DNA of 64,000 nt from positions 9,447,832 through 9,511,831 of the forward strand of contig OZ316897.1 of the NCBI GenBank assembly GCA_973895155.1, given 5' to 3'. The translations under genes and the position numbers were made by a program. A model generated the notes under the pieces. It did no database searches. It was not told the origin of the DNA and saw nothing but the letters and a program-made list of their open reading frames with translations. Shown piece after piece: positions 39,906 through 52,665 of the stretch; the stretch's first letter is position 1; each line of letters opens with the position of its first letter. This stretch comes from Marsupella aquatica (Eukaryota > Plantae > Marchantiophyta).

Positions 39906-41794
39906 TGTTGTCACACATGGCTTGCTGCCATAGTTAAGATGTGAGGACAGCGACCTGAGCAGAGGCGAGAACTGCAGCCGCCGCTCATCTGCGGAACAAG
40001 GGGTTTGGAAGAGCAAGCAGGTTGATGTAACGGGACCTGAGCAGGGGCGCGAATTGTAGCCGCCGCTCTTATGCGGAACAAGGGGTTTTGGAAGAGCAAG
40101 CAGGCTGCAGGTCTCGGAATGTCTGGACGGAAGGGAGGAACAGCTTGTGGATGAATTATATGAATTTGAGGTTGTGAAATACAGATAGGGTTTTGCATAT
40201 GTGGACGAAATATCCAGCGGATGTTGACTAAGTTTTGTCACTCAATAATATTCCTGTTGCATCTATTAACCACTCCATGTATGATATTTCCTGGATGCTT
40301 GGTGGATTGGATCTTCGTCTTGAGTCGCTTTTGCACCGTATCTGCGTTGTATCGTTATTTCGGTCTCTTGATCCTGTGAATTGAGCGAACTCGGCTTATA
40401 TGAAAGTTGTCGAAGGGCTTAGTCTGTGTTTTGAAGCTTTGGAACCGTGTTGAGGAACCACAAGATATTTTGTCACATCGCTGTTATGTTTTTGTATGTG
40501 TTATTTATCGATATGCACTGGTCTTTCTTTTCTTCCTTCGTCTGTCAATGACAAGTCCGGCTAGGTAAACAACAGAGCTATGACGCGGCTCCAATTGGTA
40601 ACTTTGGCCTTGTATCGTCATTGTTGGCTGTTGATTCCCACATCTTCCATTTTCTATTTCCTTTTGGCTGTGGCAATGGATGCGATACTAGCCGATAGCT
40701 TGATTGCAAGATCAGGCCAGTAAGATAGCGTCTGTTGCAGGGGCACATCCTGCAGCTTGCCTGGCAGCGAACTATCCATAGTCGCCAAACTCGCCTCCTG
40801 AAGTGGTCGTCCTTAAACAAGAGGAAACGGAAAAAGCTGCAGGCCCCATTGTCTAGGCCGTTAAAAAAAGTACACTCGGAGAGTTAATTTCTTGCTGGCT
40901 TGGCCTCACGTAATCAAAATTCGCTGTAGCAATATCGGGGACTATTTGAGATACGTTACCTAAGTAGTGGTTTGAAGAAACTTTGGATGCTACTAGGTTT
41001 CTCTCTGTTTTGATGGAAGACAATTTGCTAGGGTTTTACCCAGTCTTACACAAAATGCTCAATTTGATTTTTTACATGTAATTGTGGTTTGTGTGCGTTG
41101 CTTTATTTCTTTCTGCGTCGTAAGGCGCTAGCGTTGTTGGCGATACACGGTTCAATCCATTAGTTGCTGCGCTCCCCATCATGAAGGGGGAGGTGAGGAA
41201 GGTCTACTGACGAGTATATGTGAACTTCAGGGGCGTCATTTAGAGCACCGAAATTAAAGGGACCCTTTTATTTATTTAACCTTGTTTTCCCCGAGCTTCT
41301 CTGCATAGACAACTTCCTTGCAGATTTGCCGTCTGTTCTCGCTATCAAAATGGATCAGTCTGTTAGTGTTGAAAGATTAAATTGCAACTGGCGCGGATCG
41401 ATGAACCTTTTGTCTTCCGCGGTTTCTCACTGTCCACATGGTCTGCTGTACCTGCTAGATTGAAAATGCCAAGGGATCTTTCTGGGAGCGTGACGAGGGC
41501 GACACCAGCACAAAATCACTAATTTATTGCAGTGGAGTTGGTACACCGTTGCACACCTGCTGCACATCACGTAATAAAGATTCTGTTGCAGGCTGACAAC
41601 GAGAGCATCGAATTGAGTGGTTACACACCTGCCGCACATCATGTAATAAAGATTGTATTGCAGGCTGAAAACGAGAGCATCGAAAGGAGTTGTTACACGA
41701 AATAGAAGCTGCAGGTTTTCTCTCATTCGTGTCTGGACGACGACCTTTCCCACTTTTTCGTATTACACTAGATTTGGGAATCCATTTTACAAAT

Positions 41795-41846
41795 TTGTTG
41801 TTTTGTTTTGTTTTGTTTTGTTTTGTTTTGTTTTGTTTTGTTTTGT
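41795..41846 (+). repeat. (TTTTG)n microsatellite
   Basis: About 9-10 units seen directly. Confidence 0.95.
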
Positions 41847-42701
41847 CAAAGCTTAGTTCTCTAAATCTTCAGGCAGACAATGGAAGTGACTCAAAATTCT
41901 TCTCTTCAAATAAATTGTTTTGGAAAATCATATTGGGTTGTAGGTTCAGGAATGAGAGTAGAGCTTCGTTCCTCTAAATCTTCGGGCAGACAACGGAAGT
42001 GACTCAAATTTTGTCACTCCAGATTAATTGTTTTGGAAGACCATATTCAGGTGTAGGTTCAGGAAAGAGACTGTATTTTCTGCCGAATGTTGGCTGTCCA
42101 TTTTCCAAATATTGCCCCGATGTGCCCTACTCCATGCCAATAGCCTTACGCAGCTATGAGACCTATGGAAGCAATAGTAGATCTTGGGACAAGCCCTCTG
42201 TCGTTCCTGATTCTGCAGAAAAAGCAGTTCAAGTTTTGACTTCCTTTCACATCTAATCGGAACCGCTTTACAGAAAACGTAAACCAAGACGAGGGATTTG
42301 TGACCTGACTTGGCACACAAGTGGCACGAATGGATGTGTATGTATTGGTTTGTGTTATGGCAGAGGTTGTAAAAAAACATAAACCAAGACCAGGGATTGT
42401 GACCTGACTTGCAAGCCAAGTGGCATGAATGAACGTGTTTGCCATGGTTTGTGTTATGGCAAGACAGAAGGTGTAGGTTACTGTTTATGTTTTTGTGGTT
42501 TGTGTTATGGAAAGACAGAAGGTGTAGGTTTGTGTATGTTTTTGTTTACGTGATAGCAGGACAGCTGTCTATATGTGTTTGTGTGATGGCAAGACAAAAG
42601 GTGTATATGTGTATGTCTTGGTTTGAGTTTGGGCAAGACTAAGGTGTATATTTAACACAAAGTCATAGTTGTTGGACCTGCCATGCGGCAGGGGTCCAGT
42701 A

Positions 42702-43990
42702 CAGTGAACCGTGGATAAGTGCAGGCCTTGTGTGTCTTCCCCTACAATCACTAGAGTATTTTTTGTAAATGCACCCCAAAATGCACTTTGCATAAGTGCT
42801 GGCGAACCCTCACCAAATGACAAATACTTAACTGCATTCCATCTATAAGAATAGGATAATGTCCTGAGTGCATCATGAGATATAATGTCCTGAAAAATGA
42901 GGGCTGTAGCCCAAGTTTTGAGGGCATTATTCTCATGCCAGTAACTAGGACATTAATATACGTATAAACTTGAGTGATTTTTTGATAACAAACAAGAAAA
43001 TGTGAATCTCTAAATAAACAATCCAAGAGAAAGAGCCTGCAATTGGTCAAAGACATGAAAGAAGTTAAAAACAAATCTTGTGATTTTGATACAAGTTATT
43101 ATGTTATTTTATTTGGTAACACTATATTTGGGTTTTACCTTTGCTATTTTTGTGATACTTCACATGATGCCCTCCTCCAAAGAAGGGTGGCTGTATGGGA
43201 AATTAATGCACTAAAAAATACAAAGAAAAAAATCACAAAAGTCTTTACGAGTACATATGCCTTTACAAATTAGTGCATATAGTACACAATATGCTTTTAT
43301 TGATGAGAGCTGAAAAGAATTACATAGAGTATTCACTAGCACTTATCCAACTGAAAACTCCCTGTACTAGGGTTTAGAGCAGGGCTGATCTAAGCTTCAG
43401 TCCAATAGGAAGTGAGTTTTGTATCAAACATAGCATCTTTTCAATAGGAGTGCAAGTTTCTGTAGTCACAAATTGCCTGAATTTTGTTTCTTTCATTGGA
43501 TTTATGAATCTGTGGACTGGACTAGTGAATTCTGCTACATTCTGGTGTGCTTCTTTACATTTTTGTGTAGTCACAAATTGCCTGAATTTTGTTCTTTCAT
43601 TCAATTTGTGAATCTCTGGACTGGAGTAGTGAATTCTGCTACATTCTGGTGTGCTTGTCTACATTTTTGTGTATTCACAAATTGCTTGAGTTTTGTTTCT
43701 TTCATTCAATCTGTGGACTGGACTAGTGAATTCTGCTACATTCTGGTGCGCTTGTCTACATTTTTGTGCAAAGAACCCCTGCTGCCTTAGGAACTGTTGC
43801 ATGTCAATTAGATGCACTTGTTGAATGTCCACATCTGCTTCTTTATTGGATTAGTGCATTATTTTTGAAAGCATGCACTTACCCAGAAGTGCATAACTGA
43901 AAGAACCTGCACTTATTACGTAGTGCATTTTGTATACAAGTGCTGGCTATTGGTGTCTTCCCGGGAGCCTGCACTTTACACGGTGTACTG
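42702..43990. mobile_element. Tc1/mariner-pogo-like non-autonomous element (TA target duplication)
   Basis: TA|CAGTGAACCGTGGATAAGTGCAGGC ... GCCTGCACTTTACACGGTGTACTG|TA. Internal ~100-106-bp tandem repeat x3 at ~43460-43765. Confidence 0.78.
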
Positions 43991-45639
43991 TATAGTCCGG
44001 TAGTCAGTCATCAAGGTTTGAAACTTGTTATGTAGGTCTTGGTTTGGTCTGGTAGTGAGTCATCAAGGTTTGAAACTTGTTGTGTCGGTCTTGGTTTGTG
44101 TTCTGGCAAGTGTTCTGGCAAGACTGAAAGTGTAGATTTAACACATAGTCAAAGTTGTCTGACCTGCCATTCCATTGGGGATCCACTTCAACATAGTAGT
44201 CAGTCATCAAGGCTTGAAACTTGTTCTAATTGGCCTGAGAATGCATGAGGTGCTCAAGTAATACATACTCTATCATATTACTCAGGTCTCTCCAAAGAAC
44301 AATAAATGCTGCAATTTTTTTCTTCTAAATTTAATGTGCATCAGGTATTCTGTTGTTACATTAAATGGCCATCAGATTAAAGAGCCACCCCACCACAGGG
44401 AAATGTACCCAAGGAACAGCAGCCAACAAGTGGCCAAGCACCCAACCAGGTGCGAACCAAGAAGAACAAACCATTTAGGTACTGATGCCCAAAACCAAAT
44501 CAAATTGGCACAGCACCAGCTTCCTAAATCGGGAGACAACACCTACCATAAAATAAGTCCTACCTATGATGATATCTGAGTGCCACCCCTAGGCAGTGAT
44601 GGAACTCTAACCTGCTCTATTAACTCTTGACTAACCTAGGAACTCTTGAGCCTGAAGTACTGAGGACAAAGCCTTCTATTAGGGCATCTCAAAGCTTCAA
44701 AGTTAAGGATGATACCATTTTTGGGGTGTTTTGGTTTGGGTGCACTGCTAGGTCAGACTGGGAGGACAAAATAATGACCCCAAATTCTTTTAAAGTGTTC
44801 CCTTTGGTGGGTGGTGAACAGTGCTTCCACCAATATACTTCGATGCAAGCCAAAAAGACAGAAAACCACTGTACGCCCGTCTCTGCTCCGTAGGTTCGTA
44901 AAGAGCACAACTTAGGTCTGGGACCGGCCTCGGTTCAGTCCATCACACGAGAGTCAGAGATCATCAGATCTCAGCCATCCAAAATCTGGGAGTACCCCGT
45001 TTCGATAAGTGGGTGCCCTCCCTCCTCTCAACGCAACAGGCAATCATGGAGTGGGTTCCCTGCGGCCCTAAATTCCATTTCTCCCAGACAGATCTACCGT
45101 TCGGGGAGATCTCAGCCGTGAAATCACTGTGACAGTCGCCGCTCGATGGTGGGTGCATGGCGGCAGCAAAGAACGAAGAACAACAAGGGAGATCGAAATG
45201 GTGGTCGACAAAGAGCTCCAATGTGAAGAGTGGAGGTCGAAGAATACAAGTGTTTGCGTGGGAAGTGGGAATTCGGAAAACCGAGGAGGAGTGCGGAGGA
45301 AGAAATCGATGTAGAAAGAGGAGAAGCCTTTTTTTGAAGGTTGTGGTAGAGAGCACAAGGAATCTCTAGGTTTTGTGAATTTGTGCGGATTCCGGAAGTT
45401 GAATCCAGAAAAAATTGGAGCAGTTGCGGTTCGAGATCGGAGCTGAGCGAGCTCAATAGTATTTTGAGGTTGTTGGGGCGGGGCGGGCGTTCAGGTTTGC
45501 TGCGGTGACAGGACGAGGGAAATTATATTGTTAGGTTTGGATCGAGAAATTTTGGAGCAGTTGCGTTTGGAGATCGGAGCTGAGGTCGTCAATTGCATTC
45601 TGAGGTCGTTAGGCCGCTCGCTCGCGAGCAGGAGGAGCG

Positions 45640-46260
45640 ATGATTAACGAGGAAAAGAACGATCCGACGTCCGGGGAGTCTATTTTCGGCACTGGCCCGT
45701 CTTCCTCGTCCGAGGAGGAGGGAGGCAGCGGAAGGCTGTACAACCCTTACGCCGATTTGTATGCGGCGAGCGATCTGAAGTCTTTGGAGAATTTGTACCG
45801 ACTTCCGTCCACGCCAGAGTTTCTCTTCACAGAGGAAGCGGCAGTGCAACGGCGGAATTGGAGTGACAATTTGACGTATTACACGGGGAGCGGATACTTG
45901 TCCGGTGCCGTTTTGGGAGGAACGAAGGGTTTGGTAGAGGGCATCCAGTCGAGAGAGGAAGGAGACACGACGAAGCTGCGGGTGAATAGAGTACTCAATG
46001 CGTCGGGTCACCGAGGGCGAACGTTCGGAAACACACTTGGCATCTTAGGGCTTCTGTACGCGGGCATGGAGAGCGCGAGCGGGTACGCGCGAGGCACCGA
46101 TGATATCCTGAACAATGTGGTCGCTGGTCTCGGGACCGGGGCTCTCTACAAGGCGGCTGCTGGCCCACGGACTGCCGCTATTGCTGGTGCTCTGGGCGGA
46201 ATCGCTGCTGCAGGTCTCGTTGCGGGGAAGCAACTTACTAAGAGATACTTGCCAATCTAA
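45640..46260 (+). CDS. TIM23: Mitochondrial inner membrane translocase subunit Tim23
   Basis: RLYNPYADL..LYRLPSTPEFLFTEE..RRNWSDNLTYYTGSGYL..KLRVNRVLNASGHRGRTFGNTLGILGLLYAGMES..KQLTKRYLPI matches plant TIM23. Confidence 0.97.
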   Translation: MINEEKNDPTSGESIFGTGPSSSSEEEGGSGRLYNPYADLYAASDLKSLENLYRLPSTPEFLFTEEAAVQRRNWSDNLTYYTGSGYLSGAVLGGTKGLVEGIQSREEGDTTKLRVNRVLNASGHRGRTFGNTLGILGLLYAGMESASGYARGTDDILNNVVAGLGTGALYKAAAGPRTAAIAGALGGIAAAGLVAGKQLTKRYLPI

Positions 46261-49200
46261 AACTTATTGTGAAAGTTTTCCGAAGCGGTGACCATTAAAA
46301 ACACGAAATCGATGGCTTTGTAGCTACACTTAATCTCATCGGGTTGCCTCTCTTTTCTCAACTTGGGATGGGACGGATTCTCAGCGTTGAATGGAAGAAG
46401 CAGATGATGGATAAGGAGGCCCTAATGGGGAATTGAAACTTGGCTTGGCTAGGGTATACTTAGAGGTTATATCCACTTCGGACCGTTTCTCTGTCCAGGA
46501 GAGATCTATCAAATAGATTATGTTAGGGTTTTGAAACTATTCGAGAACGAACAGTGCCGTGAGATGATTGAAATTTTGTTCGACGAAAGAGAGTGGATGA
46601 AATTGTGGATTTTGCAGTTGGACAGATCTCTGACGCCATTAATTAATCGCCTGATGGTTGTGGATCGAAAATTAAAACGGTCAAAATTTCTAGTTGTCGG
46701 TAGGTAAGCGTGATGCTCTACTGATTACGCCCCCTCATGGGGATTTTTTGGATGGTTTCGACCACCGTAAGTTGTTACCTCTATTGAGGGACCATATCGA
46801 ACAGTTCATGTCCTGTCTTTAGATAAGTTGGATCTCCCCCAGATGAAGGATACGTTCGTTGTATTTGATGGCCTCGTCAGAGCATCTGTCTTTGAACTTC
46901 GATCCAACTATTTTGTTGTCCAGACATCCTGTCTACTGTGTATTGTCTGTGGTTGTTATGCATATCGGTGTTGTGTTTCTGACTGAGTCGGTCCCCGATT
47001 GCCACTACTAGAGGTGCGGTTGACATGCACCTTCACTATCTAAAAAGTGGTTTGTTGCATGTCATGCCTGCTTACCGTATGTTGACGATGACGACGGTGT
47101 TCAGTTTCTCGGCTTTCAGTTAGCTCGATGGTCCAATTGCATTCGCGGTGGAGCTAATGACATTCGCATCCAGATTCTCGTTATAGGACAGTTCCTGTTA
47201 CATTACCGATTATTTGAATTGTCTGTCGATCTTGAATCCAGATGGAATTCGTTTGTAGGCAAGACTCTCTTTAGAATCTAATGTTTTGGTATCAAGTCTT
47301 GAAGTCGGTGCATGGCGAACTTACAGTATGTATTACTCGTATCATCCTTGATTTGCCACACATTTCCAAGAGTTGTTTGCCCAGATTCACATCTGAGTTG
47401 CCGTGGTGGATCTTTGAACTTACCCACCCCGAGGAGTGTACAGCTCGTGGGAAAGAGAGAATAGGAGGGACTGAATTCCGCGGAACCAAAAGCATTGTCC
47501 ATGGCATGATAGTGTAAGATACCATCGAAGCTGAACGGCGTGGAGCAGGACCAGTAGAGAACTGACCACATGGTAAATGTGGCTCCACTCCTAACCTGGG
47601 AGCGAACTTTCTGAACGGGTCCGGCTGCATGACTACCTTTTTGTGAACTATCAAGGGCCGTCTTGTATGTGAGTGTCCCCTAAATGCGTCCATGGATGCG
47701 CACTATTGGTATTCGTGTAAAAAGTTAATTGTAGTTGAAAAAGGACCAGAAACCGAAAGAGTAAAGCCGAGGGAATCATCCCGAAATATTTTGAAAAGAT
47801 TCTGATGTAACGTGGAGTAAAGGCTGGGAACGTTCAGTTCTCACGGACGATGACCATGTTTGTCAATTGTGCATCGTGTGGCCAATCGTCTTAAAACGGT
47901 AGGCGATGTATGAGGATTGTAGACAATCAGTCAGAGGAATCCACGATTATCATTTATGGGCATCTTTTAGGAACTTCCTCTGTTCATTTCAGTAGGTCTT
48001 GCTGTAGCTTGAAATCGCTTCTGCTGCCTTGAAACGTCTGCGACAAAGCATATATCCCGTCGTCCACTCTACCTGTTTGGCACACTGTTATTCGTCGACA
48101 TCGGGGTCTACTGGTCCATAGATTGATAGCCTACTTGTCGAAAAGGGTGAGTTCACTTTATTTTTTTTGAAAGATCCCGGTAAGGCCAGATGTCTGTCCC
48201 TTTGATTGGCCATGCCTCATTCATGTGGGGCTTTGCTATCTCACAAGGGTGACTGCGTAGCTGACCAGGGCTAAGTTGGCACTATGAAGATTCACATAGG
48301 GCAACAATTGTCGAGTTTCCTTTCCTTTGACATGGGATGCCAACAACTCTACTCTCTTTTACTCCATATTTCCTCCATATCAATATTGACTGCCACTCAT
48401 GTGTTCACAACGACTCGCCTTCAACACAAAAACATGCACGTGTATTTCTATGACACAGTCATTTTAAGGATAGAACCATCCGCTGCTTCAGTGCATTGTC
48501 CAGTGGTCTATCCGGAGCTATATCTCGAGCGTAAAACCATATTCAAGCAACCAAGTGGTTCGTAATTCCTTGGTTTGTGTCATGAATGGTCCCTTCAGAT
48601 CCCACTATGCAAATCTAGACTTTGTTAATCGTAAGAGCGATTTGCCGGTCCTTAGCTACGACATGTGGAATTTTTGCCTTGAAATAGGATCCTAAAATAC
48701 AACGTCTTCGACCTGAAATTATATCTTAATGAATAATAAGACACGTAGAAGGTCTTATTCCATAAAGGCATGTTTGAGAGTATCAGAGTGAACGAGCACA
48801 GCAATCACAACAACGACAAGGATTGCCCAAAGACGCTCCAGGGCCACAAACTGCTACTTAGATTCATGTGCCCTAAAGAGAGTTGTCGGCAGTCTGCTCT
48901 GGACATGAGGAGCCATGGAAGCCACAATCGAATGGAAAGTCCCTCTCATCATCTACACTTGCTTCATGGGAAAAGCACTGAGATCGGGGAGTTTTTCTAC
49001 TTGTCTGTTTCAAGAAGTGACATGGACAGTCCATCATATGCGTTTCGTAAAGGTCGAGAAAAGATCTGGGATAAAAAATACTATCGTACAAGTCAGAATT
49101 TAGGCAAGACGATCTACCTCTAATGCGAACATTTCAGAGAATTGAAATCAACTCCATTCTAGTTAGATGCAGCTTTCCTTTCCGCAGAAATATCATCCGT

Positions 49201-49451
49201 TTCTAATTACAATTTGACTTCGCTCCTAGCAATAAGTACTTCATGGAAGCCCCAGAAGGCACTGCTTTCAAAAATTTTCCCCATCCCAGGGGCTGTTCCG
49301 ATCGCTTGTCTTGAGAAAACACAAAACGAGATGCATTTGTGCATCACCGTGACACCTCCCTATGCACAACACTCTATTCTATTTTTGCCCTGTTTTTACA
49401 CAAAAGTCCAAACCTCTATTTCCAATGATAATGCCGACATACTTGGCCAAA

Positions 49452-49640
49452 TACTGGACTGGAGCGAGAACCCGTTAGGCCCTGGCAGAACTTGGTTGGA
49501 GATCACGATGGCAAACGAAGTAGGCAAGTGTTCCATTAGGATACGCAGCAAACACAATGATTCGTATCCTTTTATGACGTATGGAGCATTTTTGCTCATT
49601 GCTAACTTCGACTCAAGCCTCTAGCCCATACCTGTGCATG
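49452..49640 (-). pseudogene. Tandem duplicate of the VPS39 3' end
   Basis: Translates as VEVSNEQKCSIRHKRIRIIVFAAYPNGTLAYFVCHRDLQPSSARA*, against the gene's VKVTSEQKCSICHKRIGTSVFAVYPNGTLAHFVCHRDLQPTAAGS*. Confidence 0.9.
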
Positions 49641-49668
49641 AAATGATCAGTACTGGAGCTGGAATCCG

Positions 49669-52665
49669 TTAGGAGCCTGCGGCAGTTGGTTGGAGGTCAC
49701 GATGACATACGAAGTGGGCAAGAGTTCCATTAGGATACACAGCAAATACACTGGTTCCTATCCTCTTATGGCATATAGAACATTTTTGCTCACTTGTAAC
49801 TTTGACTGCACGCCTCCTGTGGTGCATGCGCTCTTCACGTACTTGCAAATTCTCACTTCGATGAAGACTCTTGATCACTGCAGAATTACGATAAGCTTCA
49901 CTAGATGTCCTGAGTATTGGCTCCAAGAACGGTAGCAAATTCTCAAGCTTGGTGTCAGAGGGAATCATGCGAAGTGCTCGGGCACCATCAAAACGGTCCC
50001 ACCGGTTGCTTAAGAGGCGAAGAGCATCATCAAGCAGACATCCCTCACTTGAAGCAGCACCCTCTGTCAACTCCTCAGTGTCACTACGACTACTTTCTGC
50101 AGCACTATCCGTGCTACTATATTTGCTGTCCTCTGGGTTTTCAATCTCCGCTATTTTTCTAGCAACTTGCCCCTTAGCCTTCTGCCCTGGACTGGGTTTA
50201 GGACTCGCAAAACTTTTCGTAGAAGCAAGACTTGGTGCAGAAGCAAGACCTGCTATGGACCGATCATATGCTCTCACGGCCGTTTTTTGCTTCAAATATA
50301 CTTCCAATAAAGTCAAATAGATATTTACACCAGATTGATCACTTGGAATTGCAACGGCAGGAAGGCCAATAGTCTTGCCACTCTTCCGGCCAGATGTTGC
50401 TGACTGATACACACGGTCACAATAAGCCAATGCCAACTCAGGTTGATGAAGCTTGTGAACATATAAGGTTAGAGCGAGCTGATGTTGCCCAAGTTGCCCG
50501 AGCAAGTAAGCTCTCTCTTCAAAAAGACCATCAGCTGGTAAACTCTGCAACATTCGCTCTGGACTGTACGTCCTGGCATTCTGTAAGGCCTTGAGCAGCT
50601 TCTCCCGGGCTTCGCTGTGAGATTTCTCGTCCCATTTTCCTTTCGCCACTAGTTCAGATCGTTCCTCCAGCACTCTTACCAAGTAAAGTTGCATCAGTTC
50701 ACTTTGAAGGTCAGCAGGGGCACCAATACCCTCTGCACGTTTGCCAAGCATATTTTCGAGGTAAAACACTTGCAACTCAGGTGCACGCTCCTTGAGATGT
50801 GCCAGAACCAAATTCATGGGGAGGGGAGGGCAGAAGGAAGTAAACAACAACAACGCTTGGTCGGGATTATTTTTCAGAACCCAATCTGCAGACTCCAAAA
50901 TGAATGAGGGATCTTGGTCACCAAGCTTCATAAGATAGTCCACAATTTGTTGAGCCCCAAATTGGGACTCGTCGGGATGTACAGCGAAGGCATCTGGTTT
51001 ATCTGCAAGACTTTTTAGTAACTGCAATGCCGCATGATGCATCTTATTACTTCTGTACAATTCTAAAAGCTCCGTGTAGTGACCACCAGCCCACATCATC
51101 TCCTTACAGGCTGCGACATCGCAATAGTTTGGCCCTCGGAGCAGCTGGAGGGCTGCTTGTGAGTTATCTGCTGCCAACAATGCTTGCACTACTGCAGTAT
51201 CCAACACAGTTGCCAACTCCCTTGCACCATATTCTTCTGTTCCGTCAGAATCTGCTGACTTTACAGCAAAGCCGTCTTTTCCCTCAGCTCCTGGACTTTG
51301 CTTGGCATCTACACCCTCTACCATTGCTGCAACAGCAGCATCAGTTTCCTCAGCCTCCGCTTTTGAAGTTACCATACCTCTTTTTGTCATAAGGAACCCT
51401 GAGAGTGCAGACAAGGATTTTTTTCTTTGTTGCACATCTTCAATATCCTTGTTTTCGTCAAGCTTTGTCTGCATCGTTGGATTGTTCCTTGCAACTATTA
51501 TGGATGGAAACAGAGAAAGTATAGAGATCAAATCCATGGATGAGGCTCCAAAATGCTCCATGGCTTCCACATATTCACCCTGTTCAAAAAGATATTGGCC
51601 ATACCGTGCATGTATGGTATCTTCTTTGGCAGCTCGCAATGCTGAATCCTCTGGTGGAAATAACTTGCACAGAGCCAATGCATCCTCAAAATTACCAGAA
51701 GCTGCCAATTGCACCACCTGTACACTTAGAGGAACTGGCAGAATCCGATAGATGGAGTGATCCGTGGCCGCTACCAACCCAGCGTCAGTTGAAATGATTA
51801 CATTTACGTCTCTCAGAGCCAGCATTTGCACTAACCCATGTGGAGCTCTCAAAGATCTTACCTCGATGAAGCGAGACAACCGTGCAAGTGCATAAGGGTT
51901 ATGAATGGCAACAGTCGTGGGTGCTACTGACCAACTCAACCCACCTTCATGAGCCACTTTGCCATTATGATCCACAATCACTCCTATGTTATCCTTCCCT
52001 AGAAGCAATTCTCCATTAGGAAGTGCAACGACTAGTGGCCCATGGATCCTCCCACAGGGAAAGATGTCAATTATGTTCCCCGTGTTGATATTCAAGATAA
52101 CGTATTCCTTCCGAACCCCCAAACAGAGGGCGTCGTTTGACCAATCCATCGCCTTGACCACATCCGGTGCTGTCATGTCCTTGATTTCCGTGAACTCCCG
52201 ATTGCCGTCATACCTGTATACAAAAATGCGCTTATGCTTGGCGACTGCGAGGTAGCCTCGGTCTCCATCCCACGCGTACAGACTGGAGCCTTTCGTTTTG
52301 GAGAAGTATGAGACCACCTCAAAATCCGGCAACGTATGAATCGCCACGGCGTCCGACAGAGTGATAAGGAGGCCGCGCGATTGAAGCACGTTCATGCTCG
52401 TGACTGCCTTTTTCGCAAACCCTACTCGAGTGTCTCGCAGCACGTAGGATGGTACAGAAGCAGCAGCAGAGGAGGAAGCAGAATTAGGGTTCGATTCACT
52501 ATCATAGGGAAGGAGAGCGTCCGACGAGTAATCTTCCGGGGCGTAGATGCGGAGGGAGCCATCGATGCACCCGAGCACGAGCCGAGCGCCACAGAGGCCT
52601 ACGCTTTCGATTTTGACCGGACAATCCTTCACAACTTGAACCGAATCGAATGCGTTGTGAACCAT
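49669..52665 (-). CDS. VPS39: Vacuolar sorting protein 39 / Vam6 (HOPS subunit), 998 aa, intronless
   Basis: The start MVHNAFDS matches plant VPS39 (MVHNAYDS). It has a CNH domain (LGCIDGSLRIY, LLLGKDNIGV), a clathrin-repeat region (LFEERAYLLG) and a C-terminal CSICHKRIGTSVFAVYPNG..HFVC. Confidence 0.97.
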   Translation of the reverse strand: MVHNAFDSVQVVKDCPVKIESVGLCGARLVLGCIDGSLRIYAPEDYSSDALLPYDSESNPNSASSSAAASVPSYVLRDTRVGFAKKAVTSMNVLQSRGLLITLSDAVAIHTLPDFEVVSYFSKTKGSSLYAWDGDRGYLAVAKHKRIFVYRYDGNREFTEIKDMTAPDVVKAMDWSNDALCLGVRKEYVILNINTGNIIDIFPCGRIHGPLVVALPNGELLLGKDNIGVIVDHNGKVAHEGGLSWSVAPTTVAIHNPYALARLSRFIEVRSLRAPHGLVQMLALRDVNVIISTDAGLVAATDHSIYRILPVPLSVQVVQLAASGNFEDALALCKLFPPEDSALRAAKEDTIHARYGQYLFEQGEYVEAMEHFGASSMDLISILSLFPSIIVARNNPTMQTKLDENKDIEDVQQRKKSLSALSGFLMTKRGMVTSKAEAEETDAAVAAMVEGVDAKQSPGAEGKDGFAVKSADSDGTEEYGARELATVLDTAVVQALLAADNSQAALQLLRGPNYCDVAACKEMMWAGGHYTELLELYRSNKMHHAALQLLKSLADKPDAFAVHPDESQFGAQQIVDYLMKLGDQDPSFILESADWVLKNNPDQALLLFTSFCPPLPMNLVLAHLKERAPELQVFYLENMLGKRAEGIGAPADLQSELMQLYLVRVLEERSELVAKGKWDEKSHSEAREKLLKALQNARTYSPERMLQSLPADGLFEERAYLLGQLGQHQLALTLYVHKLHQPELALAYCDRVYQSATSGRKSGKTIGLPAVAIPSDQSGVNIYLTLLEVYLKQKTAVRAYDRSIAGLASAPSLASTKSFASPKPSPGQKAKGQVARKIAEIENPEDSKYSSTDSAAESSRSDTEELTEGAASSEGCLLDDALRLLSNRWDRFDGARALRMIPSDTKLENLLPFLEPILRTSSEAYRNSAVIKSLHRSENLQVREERMHHRRRAVKVTSEQKCSICHKRIGTSVFAVYPNGTLAHFVCHRDLQPTAAGS

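Noticed and set aside
39578-40241. Antisense ORFs over RPS28 (likewise those over TIM23, VPS39 and GH16)
   Set aside because: Shadow frames of real genes.
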